A stretch of DNA of 64,000 nt. It comes from Podarcis filfolensis (taxonomy: Eukaryota). Under the pieces are notes generated by a model that was not told the origin of the DNA, did not search any database, and saw nothing but the letters and a program-made list of their open reading frames with translations. How positions within the stretch are numbered: position 1 is the stretch's first letter; each line of letters begins with the position of its first letter. The position numbers and the translations under genes are program-made. The stretch lies in assembly GCA_964270895.1 (NCBI GenBank), contig OZ185441.1. One strand, given 5' to 3'. Positions 24,201 through 37,485 of the stretch are shown here, piece after piece.

Positions 24201-26606
24201 CCCATTTCCTTTAATGTAATAGTTTGAGGTGAAGGACAAATTTCAGGCTCATAGCCTGGCTAAAAGCTTGGATGGGGTGGGGGTGGACAACACAAAAGTA
24301 GATAGTGGTACACATTAATGTTTTACTTGTATTCATTAAGGCTCTACAAATGATGGTGATAATGATCATTACTTCTGTTTCTTGCACAGGCTCTACAGTA
24401 ATGATAGGCCAGCTTAGAGGGGAACTATTTCTGGGGTTGCCAGAGCACAGCATCCTCCTCCTGCCTTTTCCTCTGTTCTCCACCTCTTTTTTCCATCCTT
24501 CCTTCCATCTCTCACTCCCCCTTCCCCCCACTGCTTTCCCACTGTGGGAAAGCAGGTCCTCCAGCCAAAAAATTTATTCTCCCTGCCACCTTCCCAATAA
24601 CTACATGTATTTACACGATTTTAAATTTCTCCCTCAAAGTGAGACCTGACTGTCTTTGTAAGCAACTCTAGAAACTTTTTTAGGCTATAGAGATGCTAAA
24701 ATGCATCATTTTCCTGTCAGTTGTATAGTACTACAGAATAAAAAACCTTCATGCGTCAGAACAGTGGGATTTGTTAAGATTCTTGAAGCACTGGGTTGTA
24801 TTCACAGGCTAACAAAAAAGCAAAAACTTGATTCAAGATAGATAGAAAGAGCAATCTTTTCTTTAAAATGGGGTAGGGATCAGATTATATGAAAAGGCTT
24901 TTCATAGAAGAGCAGGCCCATTCCAAAGGCCCATCTAATTCAGCATCCCTGGATTCCCCCCAATGGAAACCAGGTTCAAAATGAAGCCCACAAGCAGAGT
25001 TTGAGGCTAATTGCTTTTCTGTTAGTCTCCATCAGCCTATTCAGAGACAGAACCTGGGGAAAAGAAAGATATCTCAATTGATAGCTGTATGGAACATCCA
25101 GTTAGAGGCAGGCTAGCTCTTGAGTAAGCTGACATTGTGGAAGGGGTTTTTAGTCTCAAATCCTACACCTTCATTGCATGATGAGCTGCGTGAAGAAGTC
25201 ATTTGTAAGAATCACAAAAACTTAAATTATTTTGAAAAGCTATAAAAAAGTTTGATTCTGTGTCTACTCAGAAGTAAGTCCTACTAAATCCAATGGGACT
25301 TACTCCCAGGTATGGCTGTAGCCTTAATTTCCTATTTGCTATGTATAGTTCAGAAGAGGTTAGGAGGTTAGGAAGATGCTCTGCCTTAGCTTCCTGTTCC
25401 CATTTGGTAGGATCATGATTTGGTAGGACCACAGATTTCTGTGGAAATCAGGTCTCTCTCCCTACCTGTGTGCCCCTTCTGGTTGGCACTGGTTGCTATG
25501 TTTCAGCTGGAAACAGAGAGCACCAAACTACTGTAATTGTAATTCTTTCTCCTGACACCCTTCCACTTGTGCACAACAGATTGTACTTTAAAAAACAGAG
25601 TTAATAGAATCCCTGCTGTCTGTCATGGCAGATAGGTTTGTGAATCACTTGCACAAAGGAAATAATTCTGAAGTTGGGGAGACTAACATTAGCAAGGGCT
25701 TACTAAATTTACTCTGCCTCTCTCCAAGCAGCCCTTGCATGTCAACAAAAGCTTCCAGAATTTGCTCTTCTCTGCTCCCCCATAATCTCATTTTTCATCC
25801 CACATGTATTTGCCATACTGGCGGTCTATAGAGTCTGGTCCCAGAATTCATCTCTCTGTATCTACTACCCTTGGAGTTAAAGATCTGAGGAGGAGGTCTT
25901 GCTTCTGATGATCCAAGATTCTCTGCTACTGTGCCCCATTTGTGGAACGTCTGTTGAAATAAGATAGTCCTCTGTTTTACCACTTTTTCATCACCCAGTG
26001 AATATGCTGTTTTGTTTCTGTAGTGGGGTGGAGCTGAGATCCATTATGTTTGTCATGACCATGTTTGATTGTAGATTGCAGGAGAGATTGTTTTTAATGC
26101 ATATGTGATGAAAGCAAACATACAGCTGAGGGTGGTTAGCTACAGGTTAGCTACCCCCTTAAGAGGATCGGAAATGAGTTGCAGAGTCATGGTGCCCTCA
26201 CTCTGCTCTTGCATGCCGCTGCTCTTTCAAGGTTCTTGTTCAGCACCAGTCAGTTTGCTGTTACACCTGAATCAGCAAAACATTGTTTGCACACGGCCTC
26301 AAAGCCGAAATTGGAAACCTACTTCAAACTGTAGTTTCCAATTTCTTGCTGCAAGGCAGGCCACAGAGCACATGCTTTGCTGGTTATAGTTTGGATGCTC
26401 AAACCACAGATTTCTCTAGTTAAAAGAACTTGGTTTGTAGGGCTGGGAATGACCTCTGGCTGAGATTGTTTGAGACTTGCTGTCAGGTTAGAATGCACTG
26501 AGTTAAGAGTCCTTATACCTTTCTGCAAGAGCGTATGCGCCAATGTTTTGCTACTGCCATGAACAAGAAATGCTAAATTCACTGAGTAAACCTTTTTCCC
26601 TCCCAG

Positions 26607-26715
26607 ATTGAGAAGAGGTGCTGTTCAACATTTCACCCCAGAATGGAAACCTGCATCTTTAATTAGAAATTGATTAACTAATACACGCAATAAAGCAATG
26701 CAAGCGCTCTTATCT
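26607..26715 (+). other. CABYR: Candidate non-coding terminal exon of CABYR
   Basis: Strong acceptor cctttttccctcccag ends at 26606, and AATAAA lies at 26689-26694. An upstream donor AGG|GTAAGT at 21264 needs a partner acceptor. Confidence 0.45.
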
Positions 26716-27744
26716 AAAGACTGTTTTTTAAAAAGCATTGGTATTTAGTTTTAAGACTAGTACTCAAGGAGTAGTGAACTAAAATCAGGACACTTTCCTC
26801 ATTTTGACCTTTGATCTATTTGAGAAGTTTAAAATGGACTGCTAGGGAAAGGAAGTCAAAATGAACTTCTATCGTTACACAGTTCCTAAAGTTCAGGACA
26901 ATATTCCCTTCCCAGTAAGTTGTTACGCTACTTGGAAGGCCCTTAGTCAGAAGTCTTATGACCGAGTAATTGACAAAATAGAATGTCATGTCCAGGAAAT
27001 ACAGAACGAGGGCATGGAGAGTCCATGCGACTGCAAAATGAAAACAGGCTCTCATATAAGAATGCTGTTTTGTCTCTTCCATTGGTTTTTCCATCCCAAG
27101 TTGGGAACTAGGAAGCCTCTACCCACAATTTTTGGGTGGCTGTAGTAGCAGGACATTAATTGTGGTCATTCTGGCAATTCCAAGGGCTCGAGAAAGAGAG
27201 GCAGGCCACGCTCTTATTTCAGGTTGGACTTTGGATATGGAGAGAAGCAGCAGTACTGTCTGCTCCTTTGTAGTTCTAAAGCCCATAGTAAAGAAAGAGG
27301 CTAATTATTTCCCTCTCTCCAAGTTCCCTGATATGGCAGAAGACTTTACGAAAGTTTAGGGGCCCCAACACAAAGTGTCCTTTCCCACCTCAAAATTATA
27401 CAATATGTGAAGCAAGCCTTTGCTGTATGCTAGACAACCTGGGGGAGTAAGACAGTTGTGGGTTACCATTGGCCCTCCAAATAGGCCCATGTGGACTAAC
27501 ATGCTCTCACCGCCCCCCCAAGCAGTGTGGCGGGAAGATAAATAGGACTTCCATAAAATTGCTGAAATTAGGATGACTAATCTCATTCATTTTACTGTCT
27601 TAACTATTCAACCACCACTATGCTTTAGGTTGAACAGATTCAATAAACATTTTGCAAACCTTAAAAAACCCACCCTTTCCTGGTTTGATACCCCACCTCC
27701 CTGAATGCAATAAAGAAATTCTGGCCATGAGGCAGTTTAAAGTC

Positions 27745-27750
27745 TTTATT
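27745..27750 (-). terminator. Candidate OSBPL1A poly(A) signal (3' UTR about 1.1 kb)
   Basis: TTTATT on + is AATAAA on the - strand, about 1.08 kb after the stop codon. Confidence 0.6.
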
Positions 27751-28827
27751 AATAGCAATTAAATTATTCAGTTAACACTATACTTCCAAACAGCAATTAA
27801 ATTATACAAGAGCAGCAAGCCCTCTGGAATTTATGTACTCAGTTTTATACAAATATATAATCCCATAAAGTTTAATGTACCCCAAACAAAGGGGTAAATC
27901 TGCTGTGTACAGTAGTTTCAGAGCTGCCTTGCTGGCTTTGAAATGCGCACAACGTCCTTTGAGAGTTTGCTTCTGACAGCAAATACCCAGATACATTTGA
28001 AATATCCATGCTGTTGCTTAGGACCAGTTCCTCCCACCTATGATAGTGCTGAGCACATCTTAAGTGCATTGCAGATTAAAAAAAAAATACTTCATTTTAG
28101 TTAAACTTTTAAAGATTTAAATGGCTCTTAATTCCATAAAGATTTGAGCATGGTAATAAAAGTTGTAAGAGCAAATTCAAAACACTGCACTAAACATGGA
28201 ATAGACATTTCTGAGTATTTTATACCAGTTAATCCTACTTAGTATCTGGAGATGAATGGGAAGAAGGGCAGGCTGGTGCAGAGAGAGTAACATTTTGAGG
28301 CTAATAGTCTATAATCCAGTATTTTATGAAGTAATGGAACGTCACTTTCAGAAAGTTGAGTCATTCTTCTCGAGTGGCATGCCCTTCTCTGCCTCCAAGC
28401 CATGGTAGTATTGCATTTCCCGAGTGTGCTTTTGATATTTGTTTCATAAGAGGCTTCAAATTTCCATTATGTGAGCAGATTATCACTGACCAAAGAGAAA
28501 GACAGAAAACCTAAAGGGTTTCTATTTTCTATTTGACCTGGGTGGGACGGAACATGAGTTGCACTGTTTCTTCAGCAAATATAGTTAGTGCTCTTTCTCC
28601 CTGTAACGGATGTGGTGTATGCATATTATACATGGTTTAATATAGGGGAGTGGACAAAATCTCCTCCCAATAATCTTGTGCTACCATAATTGCTGCAGAA
28701 GCTGCTGAATATAGTACATTCAATTAAAATTCAGAGCTGGTTTTTTTTCTAAGAGTACAGGAACAAAGGAAAACACTGAAAACTGATTAAGACTTGTTTG
28801 TGTTAGTCTCGGACTTCCCGATGCAGC

Positions 28828-28930
28828 TTAATAAATATCAGGCAAGCTGAAATAGTTTCTGTCCCAGTAGTTCCCAGAGTAAAGCCAGTCATGCCCACTG
28901 GTGTATGGATTCAGCCCTTGATGGAACCAC
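28828..28930 (-). CDS. OSBPL1A: OSBPL1A terminal coding exon ((R)WFHQGLNPYTSGHDWLYSGNYWDRNYFSLPDIY*)
   Basis: Minus-strand acceptor ttttcag and TAA at 28828-28830. Length is 103 nt. YWDR...LPDIY is the OSBP/ORP1 C-terminus. Confidence 0.96.
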
Positions 28931-29199
28931 CTGAAAAGGAGGGAGAAAGGTCACATGCTTTTGAACATAGTATCTATATTCCAGTCAATGTATGCTTGAG
29001 CTGCCATATATATTCTAGAAACAATGGAAGTTCAATACAATTATCTTCCTCGCTATCTACTTGAGCCACTGTTTCCCCTGCTTACTACGTTTTGATCCAA
29101 CCGAGAGAAAGGGAAAATTAATTAAATTTATCACTGAGTGAGAAACACAAATTAGGAGGCAACTGTTCTGTGGCCTCATTTCGGGGATGGCTCCAAGTA

Positions 29200-29865
29200 C
29201 CGTATTTTTCGCCCTATAGGATGCACTTTTCCCCCTCCAAAAATGAAGGGGAAATGTGTGTGCGTCCTATGGGGCGAATGCAGGCTTTCGCTGAAGCCTG
29301 GAGAGCGAGAGGGGTCGGTGCACAACGACCCCTCTCGCTCTCCAGGCTTCAGGAAGCTATTCGCAGCCTTGCAAGCCCGGCGGGAGGTCCCGTGGGCTCG
29401 CAAGGCTTGCGGGAAGCAGCCTGCAGCCCACAAGTTCGGGGGACAGCGGGGAGGCGCAGCGCCGCCACCCCGCTATTCCCCGACCTGGTCTGGAGGCTGG
29501 CGGGGGGGGGGGGAGAAGCAAGCTTGCTTCTCCCCCCCCCTCCCCGCCAGCCCTACAAACTCGGGGGATAGCGGGGAGGCGCAGCGCCGCCACCCCGCTA
29601 TTCCCCGGGAGAAGCAAACTTGTTTCTCCCCCCCCCCCGCCAGCCCCACAAGCTCGGGGGATAGCGGGACAAGCCGCTGCCCCACGGAGGCTAGAGAGGC
29701 TGTCCCTGAAGGCAGAAGAGGGAGACAGAGCGCTCTGTCTCCCTCTTCTAGCTTGGGGATGGCTGCACAAACCTGGGGGGGGAATAATTTCCCCCCCTTG
29801 ATTTCCCCCCCCAAAAACTAGGTGTGTCCTATGGGCCGGTGCATCCTATAGGGCGAAAAATACGG
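29200..29865. mobile_element. Tc1/mariner MITE with CCGTA termini (Tc2-like), 666 bp
   Basis: Perfect 27-bp TIRs CCGTATTTTTCGCCCTATAGGATGCAC with TA on both sides (29198-29199 and 29866-29867). The interior is GC-rich with tandem units and hairpins. Confidence 0.92.
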
Positions 29866-32800
29866 TATTTTGTTCGTTCCTTTAGGGGAGAGAGCTCTCA
29901 GCCAGAAGACTATAGTGGGCTGGCTAGCTTTCCTTCCTTCCTTTCCACTCCCATGCACCTGCTCAGAGGCGTGGAGACAACAGGGTCATGTCAGGACACA
30001 TGACAACTGGCTAATTATGTGATCCTGGAAGCTAGTCCTCCTTTTACAGGTTAGTTACATGCATATCAGTCCATCTTTCAAAATTTAACAACTAGCAAAT
30101 TTAATTGAAGCAAGCACCAAAAACAGCCCTGGAAAGAGAGGTGAGCTTCAGTTTCTTACAAACAAAAAACAGACACTGTTGTCCATTATGAAAAAGAAAA
30201 GGTGACAGGAGGTAGGTAGCATTGTCGCTGCAACACTCTAGCCATCTTGCAATGGTCCTTCATCCATGGCTCAGTTTAGCGTAGAAAGATAATATATAAG
30301 CCCCAGTTTATGAAGCCAAGAACAAGTGCTAGGACCAAGTGCTCCTCCCACCTCCTTGTGTGCTAGCCCTGCCATTTATTCCTGGCTTGTACTAAGGCAC
30401 AGTTCTGCAGCTGGAACACAAGGGAGACTGGCATAATACAAGCCAAGAATGAAGCAATGCCCATCAGGGGAGTTGCATGGCAGGACACTTCTTAAAGCTG
30501 GAAAAGACTGTCCAAACTGGTCCAATAAGCATTAGGGTGCTAGGAATAGGCAGAAGTGAGTACATACATACATACATACTTACTGCAAATAATCCAATAT
30601 CAATTGTTGGGTACATTTACTATTCTACCGCACCTTGTGCAAACTGAGTTTATATGATCATTTTAACAGGGAAGAAAAGTTGACCGTGAGTTTTAACACT
30701 ATTATCCCTCCTGTGGTGAAGAATTACTGTATATACAAACCCACATCCATGTTTTGAAGGTTAGGTTTCGATTGTACTTCACAAAATTTGACAAACTGGA
30801 TGTATTAAAAAGAATTGACAGGTAAGGAGAGAATCATCATTCGGAGATTAAAATTCCTTCCATGATGGTATAAACTCACCCTTAAACTACCAAACAATCT
30901 TAAAAATTATGATACTGGAAAAGAATATATGCCTCTGCCTTTCCTTCCCAGGTACATCTTAAGAAACCCTGGACATTAACATTCAAGGTCTATTTAAATA
31001 AGAATAACACTCCCCCCCCCCCAATAAATAAAAACCCAAAATCAGAATAGTCAATTTGGGCAAGCTGGAAAGCCGACAGAATTCTAATAAGAGGACCAAA
31101 TTCATATTTCGAGTATCACTAATTTATAGGAACTGGAAACAATTTTAAGCCTTAAAATGCAAAGCCAAACATGTTAGGAAAGCAAGCAAAAAAAGTATCA
31201 GAAAAGATCAAACCTGGGTCCCTGGGCCACTGGCTGACTTTTAAAAAGAGACAAAACATAATGCAACTTACAGCAACAATAAGACATTTGAATGAGCAAA
31301 CCATGAAAGAAAGTGTAGAGTCTAGTGCCTGTTGGAAGCTAGCTCATGTCCCCTACTTTGCATAAGTATTTTTATGAAGGCAACATTTGGAAGTTTGTGT
31401 AAAAGCTATTATGCACAGACTGCTCAGTAGCTTCTGACCGAAGAATACACAATGACACTCCCAAGTCTGGAGCCGGAGGAAACTTTCAGAAGCTTCTAAA
31501 GTTTTAATTCCTAACGTACAGCTTAGTTTGTTCTCAGTATACAGGTACTTGATTTCTAAATAGAAACCATGTCTGGCAGCAATAGGACAAAAAGTATCTG
31601 GGGAAAAGTTCCTGATGATGAATATTCAAACTGGCAGCTGAGCTTGGAGGAAAGTGTCAGTTTCTCATTCTGTTTCCTTAAACTACGTTCCTGGGACTCA
31701 AAACCAGCATGAGCAAATGTGTATGCTTCCCCTTCCCCCTGAAAAGCTCGTACTGCAAGTACCTTGCAGGAGGGACCAAGAGCATCTGACTTTCTGTGGT
31801 TGCAGCAGAGCCTTTCCCAGTCTGCTGCCCTCCATAGATTGGGCTCCAACTCCAGTGTGGAGTCAGCCCCAACCACGATGGGAATTTTCAAACCACAGCA
31901 AGACACCTCCCAGAAGAATCTGCACTGCACACAACGGTTTTTACCAGAGTACTATGGTACCCAGCATTATGGCAAGTTATCACACGGGGTGCAATTTCTA
32001 GCAATTCTCTGCATAATGTTTGTAACATATGGTAGGCATTTAGGAGCACTGAGCAATTCCATGTAAAAATACAACTTCTGTAGAAATAAATGCATAATTC
32101 AAAGTAAAGCAATAATACAGCATGTTATCCGTCTGTCTCTTTACAAGAAGTTCACTGTGATAATAGTATAATATACAGGAGTCACGGTCCACCATTCACT
32201 CTGTTCACATTCTCTGTTCACAGTTAAAACATAGGACCGGAATTCTAAAAGGGCATTTACTGTTTTTGTTTTTAAAAAACAACCTCACAATCTCCCTGCT
32301 AAAAATGTAGAGTGGGGCAAGGAAAAGGAATAATCCCGGCAACGGGGGAAAACACTTCCACTGGGAATCCATTCTGTCCCTGTTCACACCAACGCACTTG
32401 GCTCTTTGCCAGGGATAATAAAAGTAGCACAGAACACAGTCAAGCATTCATGTCCCATTAAAATCAACAATGTATCATTGTCCTAGCTACCCACTGATTT
32501 TTTAAAAAAGACTTACTTGTCCCAATTCTGATTTTTACTGCACACTGACCAATGCAGTAGAAAGTTTGCATTTCTGAAACAGATATGATTTGATGCACTG
32601 TCCTATTCAGAGGCTGGAAGACCCTGCTGTTGCCTTCTGTGAGAAAGGTAAGGTCTGGGAGGTAGTTTGACTCATTTAGAAAATTAGTACCATGTGGCAG
32701 GCCTCGTTTCCCACACTGACTACTGATGTGCCTTAAAGCAGCTTGTATTGCAAAACCTTGCCCCTTATCTTGCATTAAACATGCAATTTCACAATTTATT

Positions 32801-34838
32801 TTTACAAGCCAGAAACCTTTGTCATTTGTAAATTCAGCTGTTTTGTTTCAGAAGCAATTCATCCCATCACATTCTTGCACAATAGTCTAGGGTTATTTGG
32901 GTTCATTGACCTGTTTGCAAAGCAACTGAAACATCCTGCTGAATTTAATTATACTGAAGAAACATAATTTGGGCTATCAAGCCTCTTAGCCTGCCTGATA
33001 TATACAGTACTTTCTTCTTTTAGGAAAACTTTTTTCATCTCCTGGAGTTTCCAATGCAACTAGATGAACTCCTATTGAAATGTTTTGATTTGTTTTTATC
33101 CCTATTTAGCAGTCTTTAAATCTCCCAATTATGAGATTTCTGGCTGAACTATTAAAAAAAAAAATACAGCCACTAGAGCAACTGAATATTTAATACATGA
33201 TTACTTTGGTGTTCTACCATTATAAAGCACAAAATTGAATCACTTTTTAATATTGACACTATCCTGTCAGTATAACATTTGCGTAAAAGGACCAGAATGT
33301 GAGGTATAAGCTGCCAAAATTTTAAATGCAACCTAATAAAAAGAACAGTTCAAAAAATTTCTTTGGAGTCATTTTTCCAGTTTTAGAAAGTGTTGCTTAC
33401 TGGCAAATAATAATAAAAGGTATTTTAGAGTTCTATTTTGGGGGACTGAAATGGCTTCACAACCATTGTTATTTGTGAACATGCCCACAATAAAGGTATG
33501 TAAATTAATGTGCTCTACACTCAGTATTTTCTACCATTATGAAAGAAACACTCATGGAATATTAAATGTGGCAAAGAAACAGTCTATTTGACATATTACT
33601 GCATTCTGTATTTAGTACCAAAATCACCTTGTTTGGACTGTGTATACAAGAGTGTGTGTCTGCTTCCTTCAAGTTGCTATAATGTTGTGTGTACTTTACA
33701 AGCACAATAATCAAGTTCAATATGTTTTTACAATCAGAAGTTGTGGTGTAAATGCCTTTTTAAGAATGGGAGTGTAGGCTGCATTTCACAAGGTAGCTTT
33801 GCAGCCCTATCATTCAACTTGCCCTGAGACACATTTCAAAACCAACTTAAATTGCAAGGATTATAAAAAAACCTTAACACTAGGCTGTCCATGTATGTAT
33901 GTATGTTCACACAGGTGCATGTATGTTCATAGGCAATGCATGTCTTTTACAATGAGGAATGCAGACCTCATGTTTTCATGGAATATGGGTGGAAGTATTA
34001 CATGTGTACTGTGTTTGCTAGAGGTATGCATCTATTGGAGACTCAAGTGGAAAAGCACACCGATTAGTGCCGAAACTTAAGAATTGCACAAAAAACACAA
34101 ACCCACTCTGAGCTTGAAGCTACTTCACAAGTTCAAAATGCAGACTCGTTGCATTTATTGGATATGAATTCCAAATTTTAAACTTCAAGACAGAATTGTA
34201 CCAAAATTCTATTCCATCAGACTTCTTCGCAATTGTAATCCCACTCCTGTCCCAGAATCATTTAACTTGCTTGGGATACAACAGAGTATTCAACAGGAGA
34301 GTTTCCAAGTCTGCCTACCCTTAATGTTTTCAATCAAACACTGCTAGAGAGACACAGGAGGTCAAAAGTACCCTTCTTTCTAAATTCCCCTGGGACCAGC
34401 TACAAATTACTTCTGAGTCCCCACTGCTGGCCTAAAAATGCTAGGGATTTTCACAGACTCCAGTGTGGCTCTACTGGAAATAATTTGTTTACCTCACTCA
34501 TAAGTCTTAATTCCACTTCTGAAATACAAGGGGCTACTGCTAAACCTAAGTGCTTTAAAAAGCTTTAACATGAGCAAAACATCTAGTGAGTAATGACTGA
34601 AATTAGCAGAAGTAAGTAGTTAAATCACTGTTGTAAAATATAAGACCTCTTTTGAAAATGATGGTGCAGTGAGTTTTCAGACTATGAGCAATTTGAAATG
34701 GCAAAGTACTGCAGCACATAAGCAGTGGACGTGTGTCGTATTGCCAGGCACTCCCAAGTATGCAGACATTTGAAAAGAGAGTTAGAAAAGACATTTGTAA
34801 ACTATTAAATCAAGTGCTTTAGCCCCCAGTTTACTGAC

Positions 34839-34929
34839 CTTGTCTTCCAGTCTTCCTCTGACTTTGACCTGTTTTTACGAGCAGCTCTTTGTTTTTCTTC
34901 AAGCCTTTTCTTTTCTTCACTTGCTACAT
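34839..34929 (-). CDS. OSBPL1A: OSBPL1A exon ((D)VASEEKKRLEEKQRAARKNRSKSEEDWKT(R))
   Basis: Length is 91 nt, phase 1 to 2, with GT-AG boundaries. EEKxRLEEKQR is the ORD C-terminal signature. Confidence 0.96.
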
Positions 34930-35877
34930 CTACCAAGAGACAGACAGAGAAAAGGCTGGATCCAACTGAAACATACGGAAGAATACTCCCAATAGCTGGA
35001 ATACTGCTATGTCAGTGACAGGGGTAGAATTTTAATGCCATTTTGGTTGGCACAACTAGAATCTTGAGATTTTTGTGCAGTGGTGTGAACTGGTAGATCA
35101 TTCAAACACCAGCTTCACTGTAATATTTCCCATGCTCCCAAAAAATGGGAGTAACCAAGGAATGATGTAAGATAACAGACATGTAAGGTACATTAACTAA
35201 GGGCATGAGCAAACAGGACTTCACCTTCCTCTTATCCCCACTTATAGCACCTCTCATGCCTTCTAACTCTGCTTCAGGTGGTGTGTCCCACCCCCACCCC
35301 CCCGAGCAGATTTTGAGGGTGTACAAAAGGCTTCCACAGGGGAGGTGAAGTCATGGGAGCAAAGCGATAGTGTTATGTGCAGTGATAGTGTTGGATGCAA
35401 CCCTGACACTGCAGCATTTTCACATATTCTTTGCTTCTGTAAATTTACATTGGAAATCAACTGAAATTTGTTAATATGAGTTTGCATTTGTGTAAAGGAA
35501 AGTCTGAGTAATTTTGATGGTATTGCTACAAAATCAGAAACCAGCTCCTGATAAAAGTTGACACTGTGAGAAAGGACAAGCTCATATTTATAAGGCATAA
35601 ATTTTCATTTATATAAAATCAATGACAAAACTGAGAACCATTGCACGAGGAGGAGCTGCCTTGCTAGCTGTAGAAGGGGAATGTCAGATGTAAATATTCT
35701 CAAAAAGTTAGCATCCGATTACTATTTATATCACTAACAGGCATTCCTTTGCAAGGGACTATGTAAAATTTGATTGCTAAAACAAATCTATACATGAAAA
35801 GTATGTCCTATAAAATGAAGCATTTGGATATAGATTTTTTTAAAAATAAAAAAAATTCAGCTAGCCCTTTAAATTAC

Positions 35878-36001
35878 CTATGTCACCATTTTCCATAGCT
35901 CTTATATCTGGCCTTAGCCTGCAGTCCGTTTTAGGAATAACACTTTCCATTTCTTCATCCAATTCATTCAAAGCCATAGCAAAAGTAGTGAAGTTGTACA
36001 T
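35878..36001 (-). CDS. OSBPL1A: OSBPL1A exon (MYNFTTFAMALNELDEEMESVIPKTDCRLRPDIRAMENGDI+G)
   Basis: Length is 124 nt with GT-AG boundaries. It contains the TDxRLRPDIRAMENG motif. Confidence 0.96.
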
Positions 36002-36079
36002 CTGAAAAACAACAAAGAGTTTTTTGAATGTTCTTTTATATGAGCAAGTACCAGCTGTTAATAGGCTTATACATTCTCA

Positions 36080-36330
36080 GAGGAAGTATCCAACTGAGTT
36101 TCTCAAGGGGTCAGTCTTGGGGCCTTTTATTCAATGTTTTCATTACAGTGACCTTGGGGAAAGGAGTATGTTCATGAAATGAACAGGTATCATCAAATTA
36201 TCTAAGTGGCCAAGATGGGATTTTGTGCAGGACGAACTAGAAGACTTCAAGAACTGGAATGGGATCAATGGAAAAGGATCAATGTCAACATAACAGAAAG
36301 TGTTAAGCTGCATGATGAAGGACAGGTTTG
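36080..36330 (+). mobile_element. Degraded CR1 LINE reverse-transcriptase fragment
   Basis: tctcaaggggtcagtcttggggccttttattcaatgttttcatt resembles CR1 GVPQGSVLGPxLFNIFI. The downstream sequence resembles LQxDLDRLExW...FNxxKCKVLH. It is frameshifted. Confidence 0.55.
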
Positions 36331-37245
36331 TTTTATTTGCTCATCAACTGGAACAACAGGCAAGGGAATATTTCAGAACTCGGATCACCACAAGATGATT
36401 ATGGGGTGTATAGGCTCCAATGTGATTGCAAACATTTACTAGTATTAAATACTGAGGATTTAATGGTATATAAATAATAGGGGTATGGATTAATTGAAAC
36501 TAATTGATATCCAACTCTCCATGTTAAATAGATAGAATTCTAATTGGGTCTAAAGAGCAAAAAAAGAGGAAGACAAGTTTTTTGACAAGTATGCCACAAA
36601 TCCATGTATACAATATATATATTCTAACATGCGCTGCGGTATATGTGTCGAGGAAGCAAGAGTCTAAAGTTTATATTCTGTCATAAAAGTTCTCAGGGAG
36701 GATCCTAATACTCAAAAAAATATTAAACTGGCAGTAGAAATCCTAAATTTTGTTTCAAGAACAAAACTATAATTCTACTAATACACATCCCTTGTGCTAG
36801 TGATACAGAAGCACTGGATCCTGCCTTGTGTCTAGGTAGGAAGGGGGTAGCCTTGCTCATGTTTGCTATGGAAAGAGAAAAGGCTAACTAAACCTTAAGT
36901 GTTTTATCAAAAAAATTGTACACTGATAAGGATAATCCTGTCTTTTACAAATGTTACACACAGTAACGGAGGTGCTAAGAGGTTGAGGAAGGTACAGCGA
37001 GAGGATCAAATTTAACTGCCAGACACCTAATTGTAACCTGAATTTTGTTTTCCTGAAATGGAGGCACGAGCTGGTGGAAAGTTATCCATATTCTCTCCTC
37101 TCTTCACGTACATACCCTTTAACCCAGGCGACATGAGATAGACCTCACTCTTACATATACAAAGAAATGCAAATTCATGCAGCACATGTGCATGGGACAA
37201 AGCAACACACTGACAAAATGCAGAGTCTTGGTCAAGGTTCCTCAC

Positions 37246-37362
37246 CTGTGTTGAGTTAGAAGGCCTTGGGACTATCCTCCATAACAACACACTTCCAGGT
37301 ATAACACACACACTTTCACAATCTGGCAAGGGCATCTCATCTGGTTCATCAGAACTGCCCAT
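37246..37362 (-). CDS. OSBPL1A: OSBPL1A exon (MGSSDEPDEMPLPDCESVCVIPGSVLLWRIVPRPSNSTQ)
   Basis: Length is 117 nt, phase 0-0, with GT-AG boundaries. It matches recalled human IPGSVLLWRIAPRP. Confidence 0.94.
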
Positions 37363-37485
37363 CTATAAGAAGAAAGTAAAATGAAAAACAAGAACCTGCA
37401 AACTAGCTCTAGTAGTTAAAAGAGGCAGCAGAATTAGGCACAGATGGAATATATATATCATATATCTATATATATCATCTATATA

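Noticed and set aside
29170-29821. Five overlapping ORFs of 85-192 aa
   Set aside because: They lie within a GC-rich MITE where stops are rare. No DDE/DDD transposase motif is visible.
32050-33800. UTR-like AT-rich stretch with minus-strand AATAAA at 32795-32800 in the last OSBPL1A intron
   Set aside because: There is no coding exon or strong acceptor to link it to, and such hexamers are frequent at this AT content.
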